From the NCBI GenBank assembly GCA_004297735.1, contig SCTI01000001.1:190435-254434 (forward strand): a DNA stretch of 64,000 bases. The letters run 5' to 3'. This document shows positions 20,002 to 30,077 of this stretch, in pieces (position 1 is the first letter of the stretch; each line of letters begins with the position of its first letter). The notes beneath the pieces are model-generated. The model saw only the letters and a program-made list of their open reading frames with translations, did no database searches and had not been told where the DNA came from. Origin of the DNA: Patescibacteria group bacterium (GTDB lineage Bacteria > Patescibacteriota > Saccharimonadia > UBA4664 > SCTI01). A program made the position numbers and the translations under genes.

Positions 20002-20515
20002 ACTTTTGGCGTAGCTTTTCTAGCTTAGGATTAATAATTACCTGACAGTAAGCAGCCTGGGGATTTCTTGCAAAATAGTTCTGATGTTCCGGCTCAGCTG
20101 GGTAAAACTGCTCAAGCGGCTCCAGTTTTGTAACCACTGGATCGCTCCACAGTTTAGCCACCTTTTTAATTGAAGCTTCGGCAATTTTTTTCTGTGCTTG
20201 ATCTAAGTAGAAAATAGCTGATCGGTACTGCGGACCAATATCGGCGCCCTGGCGATTAAGCGTCGTTGGGTTGTGTAGCGCCCAAAATATATCTAAAACG
20301 TCTTCGAGACTGATAATTGATGGGTTGAACTCAACCCTAACCGCCTCGGCATGGCCGGTCTCACCACTGACAACCTGATAGTAGGTTGGATTTAGGGTCT
20401 GGCCTCCGGTATAACCAGAGGTAACGCTGGTGATGCCGTTAATCATTCGAAAAGCCGCATCAATGCACCAAAAGCAGCCGCCCGCCAAAACAATTGATTG
20501 TGATGATGATGTCAT
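19979..20515 (-). CDS. msrA: Peptide-methionine (S)-S-oxide reductase
   Basis: GGCFWC, GHAE, RQGADIGPQYRS, FYPAEPEHQNY. Confidence 0.96.
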   Translation of the reverse strand: MTSSSQSIVLAGGCFWCIDAAFRMINGITSVTSGYTGGQTLNPTYYQVVSGETGHAEAVRVEFNPSIISLEDVLDIFWALHNPTTLNRQGADIGPQYRSAIFYLDQAQKKIAEASIKKVAKLWSDPVVTKLEPLEQFYPAEPEHQNYFARNPQAAYCQVIINPKLEKLRQKFSERLLP

Positions 20516-20578
20516 ATTTATAGTTTAGCAGCTTAAACTCATTGCGCCCCCTTGCGGGGACGCAAGAGGGCGAGGGGG

Positions 20579-20890
20579 CTAGGCCGCAATCTCGAGACGG
20601 CCGGGCAGCCCAACCGAGCTGTTGCGAGGGAATAGCTCGGTGTTGTAAGCCACCCGCTGAAGCTGCTCGAGCAGACGATGCCACTCGCCGGCTTCGTCGA
20701 TGTTCAGCTCGCGATAGCTGCCGTCTGCTGTCTGGGCCATCAGCTTGAGATCACCGGTCACGGATCCGGTTTCCACGAGCTGGCGCGCGACTGAGGTCAG
20801 TAGACCGTAGAGGGTGGGGCTAGATGCGGCAGGGAAAACCACCTTGTCGGGGTCTCCTGCCAGCAGCACATATGTCGACGAATCTGCCAA
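20579..20890 (-). CDS. Hypothetical protein (orphan accessory gene)
   Basis: AAGGAGG SD before TTG at 20890; GC-rich ORF; downstream hairpin at about 20545-20572. Confidence 0.55.
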   Translation of the reverse strand: MADSSTYVLLAGDPDKVVFPAASSPTLYGLLTSVARQLVETGSVTGDLKLMAQTADGSYRELNIDEAGEWHRLLEQLQRVAYNTELFPRNSSVGLPGRLEIAA

Positions 20891-20961
20891 AACGCCTCCT
20901 TGGTGCAATGGGGGGTACGAAACTGCTTTTACTTAATCACAACCAGGCTCATAACTCAACC

Positions 20962-21045
20962 AATAAAAGCGAAAGTCCCCACGAGGGGGACTTTCTGGTG
21001 CTCACCGAGCACGTACTTGAACAAAATAGCACTTGGTGAACACCC
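20962..21045 (-). ncRNA. Candidate sRNA or attenuator (hairpin plus terminator)
   Basis: Stem 20997-21006/21035-21044 with G-U on the minus strand, then a 10-bp terminator stem 20971-20995 and U-tract. Confidence 0.45.
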
Positions 21046-21146
21046 TTACGGTATCACGGTTGAGCTTTTAGGCGCAATAGAATTTTTATAAACAAACTTT
21101 GATATGGCGGTTTTTGGCTCGCCAAAGCTTATGATACGATTGAGCT

Positions 21147-21614
21147 ATGGCTGCAATTGTTCGTCCGTTAAAACTAAATGAAGTACCGTCTTTGCACCGA
21201 CGTTTTGGCGAGGCAATTGACACCAGCTTTGCCTATATAAAGCCGCAATACAGAGTCAAAATTAGACGAGACAACAATCTGATTCGGCTGGGCTACGCCT
21301 GCGTCCATCCTCAGCGTATTTTGCTAGCAGCCGTTGATGAGGGTGATTTACTTGGTTACGCAATTGGGGCCGTAGGTAAAACTCAGGCCGATCTATATTG
21401 GCTGTATGTGTCGCCAAAAAGCCGTGGTCAACAGTTAGGCTTAAAGCTGCTGCAGACCTTTGAGCAATCAAGTCGACAACAAGGAGTCAACCGAGTCGGA
21501 CTATCTACCTACGATCACCACACCTACTACGCCGCGATTGGCTACAACACCATTAAGCAAGAGACGCTGCATGGTGTACCAATGAAGATTATGGTTAAGG
21601 ATATTAGTTTATGA
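21147..21614 (+). CDS. GNAT acetyltransferase
   Basis: LYVSPKSRGQQLG acetyl-CoA motif A; YY..IGY. Confidence 0.85.
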   Translation: MAAIVRPLKLNEVPSLHRRFGEAIDTSFAYIKPQYRVKIRRDNNLIRLGYACVHPQRILLAAVDEGDLLGYAIGAVGKTQADLYWLYVSPKSRGQQLGLKLLQTFEQSSRQQGVNRVGLSTYDHHTYYAAIGYNTIKQETLHGVPMKIMVKDISL

Positions 21615-22924
21615 AATTTAAGGGCGGTTTAATTAATAAAAAGAATGGCCGGAGGCGGCTTTTAGGTCTGCTACTGGTGCTGTTGGTCTCGCTTGGGGTG
21701 TACCAGTACTTAACTACGCCGAAAGAGTTAATTTCGTTGCCAGCAAGCTCGCAGCAACTGCTAAAAAAGACCCCTCCTAAGGGTGGGCAGGTGGTCTCGG
21801 TTGAGGCGGTTCAAACTGTGCCCGCCGATCAAGTTTTGGCTTTATCGCGGCAAAACTATGGCGCTAGCGCCCCTCAACCCTCGACCGCAGTTACTAAAGC
21901 TTTAATTAAATACACATCGTATTTACCAAACAACACTAAGATTGAGGTTTACGCTCGAGCCTACATACCGTCTAGCGGTTCTAATCTGCCAACTTTGGCT
22001 TTTGCGCCTGGCACTACCGGTATCGGCGACCAATGTGCTGCCAGTCTTGAGCAACCGGCAGTTAGCAACTGGGCTAACTACGAGTCGCACATGATGACTT
22101 ACGCTGGCCAGGGTTACGCCTCAATCATTACCGATTACGAGGGGATGCGAGACGTCGACCGGATCCATCACTATATGATTGGCGAGGTTGAGGGTCGAGC
22201 GGTGCTGGATAGTTTGCGAGCGCTCCATAACTGGGATGTGACGGCTGGCCGGCTAAACGATAACGGCTTGTTTGTGGGTGGTTTTTCTCAAGGCGGTCAT
22301 AGCGCGATGTGGGCCGACAAGATTGCGGCGGATTATGCACCAGAATATAAACTGCGAGGAGTGGTTGGTTTTGGACCGGTTAGCGACGTTAAGCGCACAT
22401 TGGTTGATGTAACTCGCGGTGCCAATATTAACTGGTTTGGGCCCTTTATTCTTACCAGCTACCAAGACTATTACAGCCGTACCTACGATGTCGCCGCCAT
22501 GTTGCAGCCTAAATGGGTGCCGGGTCTTAAAAGCGAGGTCACCTCACACTGCATCGACACCGTAATAAACCACTGGGGTCGTGACCCGGCAGCGGTTTAC
22601 ACTCCCGCATTACGAACCGCTATGGCAACCGACAACTGGGCTGGGTTTGAGCAACTAAGCAAAGACCTAGACGCTAACGCCGTCGGGGATCAAAAGACCA
22701 CTACCGCTAAATTAATTAATCAGGGGGCGCATGATAACGTAATTTTGGTTGGCCAACAACAAGCGGTGATGCCAAAACTGTGCGCCAATAGCAAGGGGCC
22801 GGTCAATCTCCGGGTCTATCCTGGTGCCACTCACTACAATGTAATGGTGCAAAGTTTTCGCGATACAACCATTTGGATGCAATCAATAATCGGAAATCGA
22901 TTACCGATTACGAACTGTAGTTAG
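21611..22924 (+). CDS. Secretory lipase (LIP family alpha/beta hydrolase)
   Basis: PGTTG..DQCA, TDYEG, GFSQGG nucleophile elbow; N-terminal TM. Confidence 0.85.
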   Translation: MKFKGGLINKKNGRRRLLGLLLVLLVSLGVYQYLTTPKELISLPASSQQLLKKTPPKGGQVVSVEAVQTVPADQVLALSRQNYGASAPQPSTAVTKALIKYTSYLPNNTKIEVYARAYIPSSGSNLPTLAFAPGTTGIGDQCAASLEQPAVSNWANYESHMMTYAGQGYASIITDYEGMRDVDRIHHYMIGEVEGRAVLDSLRALHNWDVTAGRLNDNGLFVGGFSQGGHSAMWADKIAADYAPEYKLRGVVGFGPVSDVKRTLVDVTRGANINWFGPFILTSYQDYYSRTYDVAAMLQPKWVPGLKSEVTSHCIDTVINHWGRDPAAVYTPALRTAMATDNWAGFEQLSKDLDANAVGDQKTTTAKLINQGAHDNVILVGQQQAVMPKLCANSKGPVNLRVYPGATHYNVMVQSFRDTTIWMQSIIGNRLPITNCS

Positions 22925-24747
22925 CTGTTGCGGAAGCGCTTGCGCTCAACGGCGGTTAAGCCGCGCTTGCGCATTCGAATTGATTCCGGTGTGACTTCGA
23001 GCAGCTCATCGTTTTCAATAAAATCGAGAGCCTCTTCGAGCGAAAGCTTCTTATAAGGGATGAGCTGGGTGGTCATATCGGTAGAAGAAGCGCGAACGTT
23101 GGTTAGCTTCTTTTCTTTACAGGCGTTAATTTCCATGTCATCACTGCGACGATTCAAGCCGATAATCATGCCCTCATACAATTTTTCGCCTGGGCCAACA
23201 AAAGCGGTACCGCGGTCTTCGACCACCCGCAGGCTGTAGGTTACAGCTGGCCCGGTTTCGGCTGAAATTAGCACGCCATTGCGCAGTTTCTGCAACGGAG
23301 CACCCAGCGGCCGGTATTCTAACAGGCTGCTATTCATCACTACGGTGCCCTTAGTGGCGGTTAAAAGAACGTTGCGCAGACCGAGCAAGGCACGGGTTGG
23401 CAAATGGAAGATAATACTAGTTACGCCCTTGCTGGTTGGCTCCATTTCTTTAAGGTCAGCCTTGCGACGGCCAAGCTCACTGGTGACAGCGCCAACATAC
23501 TCTTCGGGCACCTCAACGATCAACTCCTCAACCGGCTCAAGCTTTTTACCATCCTCTTCCTTAAGCACTACTTGCGGGCGGCCAACCTCAAACTCAAAGC
23601 CTTCACGGCGAAGTGTTTCAATTAAGACCGATAGGTGGAGTTCGCCACGACCCGAGACCAAGAAGTTGGTGTCACGCTCTTCAACCCGCAAGCTAACGTT
23701 GGTTTCAAGCTCTTTTTGCAACCTGGCACCAATTTGGCGAGAGGTGGTAAACTTACCCTCTTTACCGGCAAATGGCGAGGTGTTTGGACCCAGCGCAATC
23801 TGTAGGGTAGGGGCTTCAATCTCCATAACCGGAAGCGCTTCTTGAGCCGAAGCGTCGGCCAAGGTTTCACCAATTTGGGCCTTATCGATACCGGTAATCT
23901 GGGCGATCTCGCCAGCTCCGGCCTGATCGACCTCGACTCGCTGGAGACCGGCCGATACAAAGATACGATCGATCTTGGTACCAACAACACCACCTGCAGC
24001 GGTCATCAGAGCGATGGCCTGGCCGCGCTTAGCCACGCCGCGCTGAATCCGCCCGATAGCGTACTTACCCTGGTAGCTATCCCAAGCCAGTGAGGTCACC
24101 AGCATCTGGAAGGGCTGATCTAGTTCAACCTGCGGCGACGGGACATGATCAATAATGGCCTTAAAGATAGGGGAGAGATCGGCAGCGTCGCCTTCGGGAT
24201 CGGGCGGAACCGACTCCCAAGCCTTACCGGCCCGGCCGATGGCATAGTAAACCGGATAATCCAGCTGATCATCGCTAATTGCCAAATCCAGGAACAGATT
24301 GCCGACCTCATCCTCAACCTCGGCAATGCGAGCATCGCGCTTATCGATTTTATTAATAACCACAATTGGCTTGAGGCCTAAGGCCAGCGACTTCTTAAGC
24401 ACAAACTTGGTTTGAGGCATCGGCCCCTCTTGGGCGTCGACAATTAAGATAATGCCGTCGGCCATACCGAGAGTACGTTCAACCTCACCGCTAAAGTCGG
24501 CGTGACCTGGGGTGTCGATGATGTTGATCTTGTAGCCGTCGTACTCTACCGCCGTGGTTTTAGCGGAAATTGTAATACCACGCTCGCGCTCCAGATCGCC
24601 AGAGTCGAGAATGGTGGTTTGCTGCATTTCGGCTTGATTATCACGGAAGGTTCGCGACTGCTTAAGCAAGCCGTCGACAAGCGTGGTCTTACCATGGTCG
24701 ACGTGAGCCACAATGGCAATGTTTCGAATTGTTTTGGGATCGCGCAT
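22921..24747 (-). CDS. typA: Translational GTPase TypA/BipA
   Basis: AHVDHGKTT, DTPGHADF, NKID, GRGELHL. Confidence 0.97.
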   Translation of the reverse strand: MRDPKTIRNIAIVAHVDHGKTTLVDGLLKQSRTFRDNQAEMQQTTILDSGDLERERGITISAKTTAVEYDGYKINIIDTPGHADFSGEVERTLGMADGIILIVDAQEGPMPQTKFVLKKSLALGLKPIVVINKIDKRDARIAEVEDEVGNLFLDLAISDDQLDYPVYYAIGRAGKAWESVPPDPEGDAADLSPIFKAIIDHVPSPQVELDQPFQMLVTSLAWDSYQGKYAIGRIQRGVAKRGQAIALMTAAGGVVGTKIDRIFVSAGLQRVEVDQAGAGEIAQITGIDKAQIGETLADASAQEALPVMEIEAPTLQIALGPNTSPFAGKEGKFTTSRQIGARLQKELETNVSLRVEERDTNFLVSGRGELHLSVLIETLRREGFEFEVGRPQVVLKEEDGKKLEPVEELIVEVPEEYVGAVTSELGRRKADLKEMEPTSKGVTSIIFHLPTRALLGLRNVLLTATKGTVVMNSSLLEYRPLGAPLQKLRNGVLISAETGPAVTYSLRVVEDRGTAFVGPGEKLYEGMIIGLNRRSDDMEINACKEKKLTNVRASSTDMTTQLIPYKKLSLEEALDFIENDELLEVTPESIRMRKRGLTAVERKRFRNS

Positions 24748-24834
24748 GTCGGCTCCAGTTAGCTTTATAATCAAAATAAAAGCGCCCGCTTCAGTTCGCT
24801 GGGCGCGCTGTATCTGAAAAACTATACCATATTT

Positions 24835-25254
24835 CTACTGTTTTAGTCTAGATCGATAATGAGTTGGGGCTACAGGGATCATAGTTAAGAGAACAGCAAG
24901 AATCAGCCCGAGGTAGCCCGATAATAGTGACAGGAAGAAAATGCCGACCGGAATAGCAAAAAACCTAAGATCTTGTAACCGGTTTTTAGCGGAAAGTATC
25001 ATAAGAGCTAAAAAGAAATCGTATAGCGCATAAAGGCCAATAGAGTCGTTGAAAGACGCATAATTCAAATTGACATATATGCCATCATCTAGGTTGGCAT
25101 AAAGAGCCATTATGAACAAAATCCAAACAATCAAGGAGCTTAAAACAAAGTGGAACAGACCAAACTTTACAAGGTCGGCTCCATCGCGTACTTTCTTAAG
25201 TTTAAAAAAATCCATGGGCCTATTTATATCACTGATTATAGTAATTACAAGCAC
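24835..25254 (-). CDS. AT-rich small membrane protein
   Basis: Three hydrophobic helices; start uncertain. Confidence 0.5.
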   Translation of the reverse strand: MLVITIISDINRPMDFFKLKKVRDGADLVKFGLFHFVLSSLIVWILFIMALYANLDDGIYVNLNYASFNDSIGLYALYDFFLALMILSAKNRLQDLRFFAIPVGIFFLSLLSGYLGLILAVLLTMIPVAPTHYRSRLKQ

Positions 25255-25291
25255 CAGGCCTCTGTAACAATGCTTATGCTAATATTTAGGC

Positions 25292-25414
25292 ATGCATCCA
25301 TCGTTATTGTCAGGTGAGCAAACGCTGGCGCAGTTTGATTCGACTACCAGCGGCCTATCTAGGGCTGAAGCCGCTGAGAAGACCAGATTAGACTGCTTCA
25401 TTTCCCACCTATAA
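25292..25414 (+). pseudogene. Truncated N-terminus of a cation P-type ATPase
   Basis: MHPSLLSGEQTLAQFDSTTSGLSRAEAAEKTRL.. resembles the Cation_ATPase_N 'GLS..EA..RL' motif and stops after 40 codons. Confidence 0.5.
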
Positions 25415-25453
25415 ACTCTTGTTTTTCTTTCTTTAGCTAGCTACTCTTTTTGT

Positions 25454-25717
25454 ATGAAGCTTATTAAAAACCCTCAAAAGGCACGACAAATCATCCCAAT
25501 AATTGTGGTTGTTACTATCCTTATACAGCCAATAAATTTTCTTAGTTATTTTGTAAACTCTTCTGGTAGCCAAAGCACACTTATAAACGACCTCATAATG
25601 TATGGAGGTATGGCTGTGATACTGGCCTGTCTCATAGTTGCCATAGCAATTCGGCGCGCCGATGTCTCACCAAGCCCCAACGAAACACAGGATGTACAGA
25701 CACCTTCAGAAAAATAG
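25454..25717 (+). CDS. Small two-TM protein
   Basis: Two hydrophobic helices. Confidence 0.55.
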   Translation: MKLIKNPQKARQIIPIIVVVTILIQPINFLSYFVNSSGSQSTLINDLIMYGGMAVILACLIVAIAIRRADVSPSPNETQDVQTPSEK

Positions 25718-25762
25718 CCACTATTTTGTTATGATAGAGGCTGAGTTAAACGAGGAGCCACT

Positions 25763-26032
25763 ATGAAATGCCCAGTTGATAGCACCGAGCTAACCATGTC
25801 TGAGCGACAGGGGATTGAGATTGATTATTGCCCGCAGTGTCGTGGTGTCTGGCTGGATCGTGGCGAACTCGACAAGATTATTGAGCGTGGTGGGGCTGTG
25901 GCTGCACCGACTCCGCAGCCACAGCAGCGCCCAGAGCAACGGTACGAGGATAATGGCCATCATGATGGGCATGGTGGCTACCACAAGCCGCACAAGCGCA
26001 AAGACAACTGGCTCGGCGAGCTGTTTGACTAG
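25763..26032 (+). CDS. zf-TFIIB domain protein
   Basis: CPVD...EIDYCPQCRGVWLDRGELDKII; strong SD. Confidence 0.92.
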   Translation: MKCPVDSTELTMSERQGIEIDYCPQCRGVWLDRGELDKIIERGGAVAAPTPQPQQRPEQRYEDNGHHDGHGGYHKPHKRKDNWLGELFD

Positions 26033-26080
26033 CCGTTTGCACATAAGAATTCCTTAATCAGCAAACGGTATAATAAGGAA

Positions 26081-26665
26081 ATGCTAACCGAATCCTTCTA
26101 CCAGCAAGATGCCGTTACCTTAGCTCAAGCCCTAATTGGCTGTGAGCTGGTTCATACCACCGAGCAGGGAACGACCGCTGGGATTATTGTGGAGACTGAG
26201 GCCTACAGCCAAGATGACGAGGCCAGCCACAGCTTTCGCGGCCAAACTAAGCGCAACGCGGTGATGTTTGGTCCGGCCGGTCACGCCTATATTTACTTCA
26301 CCTATGGCATGCACTACTGCATGAACGTGGTAGCTGGTCCGGAGGGTAGGGCGGAGGCAGTATTGATTCGAGCCCTGCAGCCATCGCAGGGGATTGAGTT
26401 AATGAAAGCACGCCGCGGGACAGACGAGCTGCACAACCTATGCAGCGGACCAGCCAAGTTGGTCCAGGCAATGGGTATACTGCATGAGCAAAACGGAATG
26501 AGTTTAATGGAGGAGAAACTTTTTATTACGCCAGCTGTGAAATTGCTCGAGATTAAGGCCACACCACGAATTGGCATTCGCCAGGCGGCTGATAAGCCGT
26601 GGCGATTTATTGCCCGCAACAGCTTATTTATTACTAATCACAAATTTAATCGCTTAAACGCTTAG
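26081..26665 (+). CDS. mpg: DNA-3-methyladenine glycosylase (MPG/AAG)
   Basis: IVETEAY, YGMHYCMNVV, AVLIRA, GPAKL, PRIGI. Confidence 0.93.
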   Translation: MLTESFYQQDAVTLAQALIGCELVHTTEQGTTAGIIVETEAYSQDDEASHSFRGQTKRNAVMFGPAGHAYIYFTYGMHYCMNVVAGPEGRAEAVLIRALQPSQGIELMKARRGTDELHNLCSGPAKLVQAMGILHEQNGMSLMEEKLFITPAVKLLEIKATPRIGIRQAADKPWRFIARNSLFITNHKFNRLNA

Positions 26666-27231
26666 TGCCTCGCCGGTATATTAAAAAGTTATTAATTGCC
26701 GTGGCTTTGGTGGGTCTATCCGCCCTGGGGGCAGGCGTGACTCAAACCGGTGATTTAAGATTACCGGATCCCGAACGCACCCCTCCGGGATACCACCGGG
26801 TGGTTGAGGTTAGCGATGGCGACACCTTTAAGGTTAAAATTGCCGGCGTAACCGAAACGGTTCGCCTAATCGGTATCGACACTCCAGAGACGAAGGATCC
26901 GCGCAAGCCGGTGCAGTGCTTTGGTCGGGCGGCGAGCGACGAAGCCAAGCACTTACTCAAGGGCAAGCTGGTTAGGCTAGAGGGAGATCCGGAGAGTGGT
27001 GATCGCGACAAGTACCAACGCCTACTTAGGTTCGCTTATTTAGAGGATGGCACATTCTACAACCAGCACATGGTTGAGCAGGGATTTGCTTTTGCTTATA
27101 CGATTTTTCCAAACAGCAAGCTAGAGCTATTTCGCAGCTGGGAACGCCAAGCGCGCGAGGCTAAGCGCGGGCTGTGGGCTGGCTGCCCGGTGAGCGAATC
27201 TAACGACAAGCGCCAAACCGGTAACGAGTAG
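26665..27231 (+). CDS. Thermonuclease (SNase) family secreted nuclease
   Basis: DGDT, RLIGIDTPE, DKYQRLL, KRGLW. Confidence 0.92.
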   Translation: MPRRYIKKLLIAVALVGLSALGAGVTQTGDLRLPDPERTPPGYHRVVEVSDGDTFKVKIAGVTETVRLIGIDTPETKDPRKPVQCFGRAASDEAKHLLKGKLVRLEGDPESGDRDKYQRLLRFAYLEDGTFYNQHMVEQGFAFAYTIFPNSKLELFRSWERQAREAKRGLWAGCPVSESNDKRQTGNE

Positions 27232-27645
27232 TTACTCGCTGGGGATGAACAGTTCTGGCTTGCCGACTTTGGCGCTCAAGATAATCGGGCGCACCTCACC
27301 ATCGGTATCTTTAATTTGAGTCTCTTGAGTTTGGTTGTAGTGCGTAACCAAGTGGTGGCTCATGATCTCTTGAAGATCCTTCAATTTAAACTTTAGCTCT
27401 TCTAGCTCCGAGTTAATTGTTTGATAATCACGGTCGGCTTCAAGCAGTTTCTTGGCTTGCTGACGCTTAACGGTTAGCTCCTTAATCTCTTCTTGTAGCT
27501 CCTGGTATTCTTGATTCTGCAACAAAACATCTTTGAGGTTGTCGCGCATTACCTTAGCCTTGCTGCGAGTTTCTTCCATCTCAAGCATTAAGCGTTGAAT
27601 TGCGTCTAAAGTACTTTCTTCGATCGGCTGCTGTGTCTCTGCCAT
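27232..27645 (-). CDS. Coiled-coil hypothetical protein
   Basis: Heptad-rich 137-aa ORF with SD. Confidence 0.65.
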   Translation of the reverse strand: MAETQQPIEESTLDAIQRLMLEMEETRSKAKVMRDNLKDVLLQNQEYQELQEEIKELTVKRQQAKKLLEADRDYQTINSELEELKFKLKDLQEIMSHHLVTHYNQTQETQIKDTDGEVRPIILSAKVGKPELFIPSE

Positions 27646-27705
27646 GTATGTCTGCCTTCTTTATCGTAACCAGTATAGCCGAGTTGCTGACGCCGGCAAA
27701 GTCAA

Positions 27706-28884
27706 TTAGTTGCCAATAATGTATAACTGGCGCTCGGCTCGGGTAACAGCCGTATACAACCAGCGCCGCCAGTCCTCATCGCTCATGTGACGATTGCGCT
27801 CTTCGAACAGCAACACCGTATCGGCCTGTGAGCCCTGGGCCTTATGCACAGTCAAGGCGTAACCAAAATCAAACAAGTCGCCTCGATTCTTTTTGCCGGT
27901 TGGCGGATCGGGTACCGGCGAGACGGTAGCGCTAGCCCCAAACTGCTGGCGCAATAAAAAGCCATCGTAGGCCCGATCATCGATCTTAAGCTCGGCCTGC
28001 CACCACAATGAGTCCGGGTCATTTTCGGCTGGACGCAGATGCTCAATTACCCCCGTCATGCCGTTATACAGCTTGGCGGTAGAGTGGTTACGCAAACAAA
28101 TCACGTGCTCTCCCGCTACCGGCTCGTCGCCCTCAAACCCCAACTTGGCGCGCAGTGTGTGGTTGAGCTTAACGCGAGTGTGATTGTAGCCACAAAGAAC
28201 CAGCCAGTCCGGCCGCCATTGCTCTAACAGCTCCTCCATCTGATGGCCAATCATATCGCTAGCCCGGTCAAGTTTGAGTACCGCTTCGCCGTACTTCCCG
28301 GCCGGTATCTCACCGGTGGTGCGAGCCATGGTCGCGACCTCAATAATTGGGCTATCAATGGCCTGGCGGTAAACCCGCTCAAGCCTAATCATTGGTTCGG
28401 CCATTAAATTAAAGTTGCTGCCCACCGGAGGAAGCTGGCCGTGATCACCCACCGCCAAGATGGGTATCTTAAAGGCCAGTAGATCGTTCCAGATGTCTGC
28501 GGTCACCATGCTGGCCTCATCAACCACAATTAGCTCTACGTCCAAGTTAGACTTGCGTCGCCAGCCAACCACATGTCCGCTAGCATCGGTCTCAGTGTTG
28601 TAGATTAAGCTGTGAATTGTACCAATGGTGTCGCTGCGACGGACTATTTTTTGGCGACGCAAGGTCTGTTCTAGCACTCGAACCGCCTTGCCGGTAAAGG
28701 CACAAAAAGCGACTTTGGTGTCAGGATAGTTCTCCTTGAGCGCCTGGCGCACATATCCGATCAAGGTTGTTTTACCGGTGCCGGCGTAACCGCCCAGAGT
28801 TAAATATGGCGACGGCTTGGTCCTAAACCAGGCGCCAATGGTTCGCATGGCCTGGGCCTGATCTGAAGACAATGTGTAACTCAT
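27706..28884 (-). CDS. RecD/Dda-like SF1B helicase
   Basis: GYAGTGKT, DEASM, GDHGQLPP, YALTVHKAQGS, YTAVTRA. Confidence 0.92.
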   Translation of the reverse strand: MSYTLSSDQAQAMRTIGAWFRTKPSPYLTLGGYAGTGKTTLIGYVRQALKENYPDTKVAFCAFTGKAVRVLEQTLRRQKIVRRSDTIGTIHSLIYNTETDASGHVVGWRRKSNLDVELIVVDEASMVTADIWNDLLAFKIPILAVGDHGQLPPVGSNFNLMAEPMIRLERVYRQAIDSPIIEVATMARTTGEIPAGKYGEAVLKLDRASDMIGHQMEELLEQWRPDWLVLCGYNHTRVKLNHTLRAKLGFEGDEPVAGEHVICLRNHSTAKLYNGMTGVIEHLRPAENDPDSLWWQAELKIDDRAYDGFLLRQQFGASATVSPVPDPPTGKKNRGDLFDFGYALTVHKAQGSQADTVLLFEERNRHMSDEDWRRWLYTAVTRAERQLYIIGN

Positions 28885-28945
28885 CCACCCTAGTGTAGCA
28901 AAGTTGGCAAGATGACCAATGCTTAACTTCAGCCTCTAACTTAGG

Positions 28946-29182
28946 ATGAGCTTAAAGGTGGAGGGCAAGTTTATGGCAACGCTAAAACAACATCGCAACC
29001 GCAAGTGGGCGCATGCGGTATTGGATGCAAATCTCGATCCAATTAATAAGGTTCAAAAGTTGGTAGCCCTAGGCTACGAGCAAGAAGATGCCGAATTGAT
29101 GGTCTGGCAGCACCAAGAAGCGTCGCACCAAATGGTTTACTACGAGCAGTTACCGCAACCGGAGTACGGAAGAAAGAAGTAG
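28946..29182 (+). CDS. Small hypothetical protein
   Basis: Fills a divergent gap; likely start ATG 28973 after GGAGG. Confidence 0.5.
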   Translation: MSLKVEGKFMATLKQHRNRKWAHAVLDANLDPINKVQKLVALGYEQEDAELMVWQHQEASHQMVYYEQLPQPEYGRKK

Positions 29183-29235
29183 CCAAATTAACCAATTGTT
29201 AGGCTTTAACCTTAAATTACCGGTATACTAAGGCC

Positions 29236-30072
29236 ATGAAATATGGCGTACACATCTCAACCGCCGGCAATCTGCCGGGCACACCGGCAAGAGCCAAAGC
29301 GATGGGGGCAGAGGTGCTCCAGTTTTTTGCTGGCAGCCCTCGCACCTTTAAGCAGCCCGTCTACGATGACGAGATTGCTACAAAGTTTAAGCAAGCTGCT
29401 GCCGAAATTGATATGCCCACCTATATCCACATGATGTATCTGACCGCCTATGGCACGCCAGATGATGGCTTGCGCGCCAAATCGGTGGCCGCTGCCAAAC
29501 AGACCATGGAGAACGCTGAAAAGCTGGGAGTAAAGGGTGTTGTGACGCATATGGGATCACACAAGGGGCTGGGGGTTGAAGCGGTCATGGATAAGCTGGT
29601 TGAAAGCTTGCAGACCGTCCTTGAACCGGTTAAAGACAGCCGGCTGCTACTTGAAATTTCGGCCGGCTCAGGCGGTAATGTCGGCAACTGTATTGAGGAG
29701 CTAGCGGCCATATACGAAGCTATGGGCCGAGATGAACGGCTGGGTTTCTGCCTTGATACCTGCCACATGTTTGCCGGTGGCTACGAAGTCAACACCGTGG
29801 ATGGCTGGGAGGCGGCGCTGGCTAAATTTGATGAGCTGATTGGGCTCGACAAAATGCCGGTTTTCCACTTAAACGACTCTAAAACCGAACTAGGTAGTAA
29901 ACGCGACCGACACGAAAACATTGGCAAAGGATTTATTGGAGAGGATGGTTTTCGAGCAATTCTTAATAACCCGCGGGTCAAAGACAAGGTCGGAATCTTA
30001 GAAGTTCCAGGTTTAGATGGTAAGGGCCCAGACAAGCCTAACCTCGATAAGCTGCGAGAGCTGACCGCTTAA
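29236..30072 (+). CDS. nfo: Endonuclease IV
   Basis: GVHIS, HMGS, DTCH, HLNDSK, DRHENIG. Confidence 0.93.
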   Translation: MKYGVHISTAGNLPGTPARAKAMGAEVLQFFAGSPRTFKQPVYDDEIATKFKQAAAEIDMPTYIHMMYLTAYGTPDDGLRAKSVAAAKQTMENAEKLGVKGVVTHMGSHKGLGVEAVMDKLVESLQTVLEPVKDSRLLLEISAGSGGNVGNCIEELAAIYEAMGRDERLGFCLDTCHMFAGGYEVNTVDGWEAALAKFDELIGLDKMPVFHLNDSKTELGSKRDRHENIGKGFIGEDGFRAILNNPRVKDKVGILEVPGLDGKGPDKPNLDKLRELTA

Positions 30073-30077
30073 CGCCA

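Noticed and set aside
27706-28884. Prophage suggested by the Dda-like helicase
   Set aside because: It is flanked by host repair genes (mpg, nfo) with no phage structural or integration genes.
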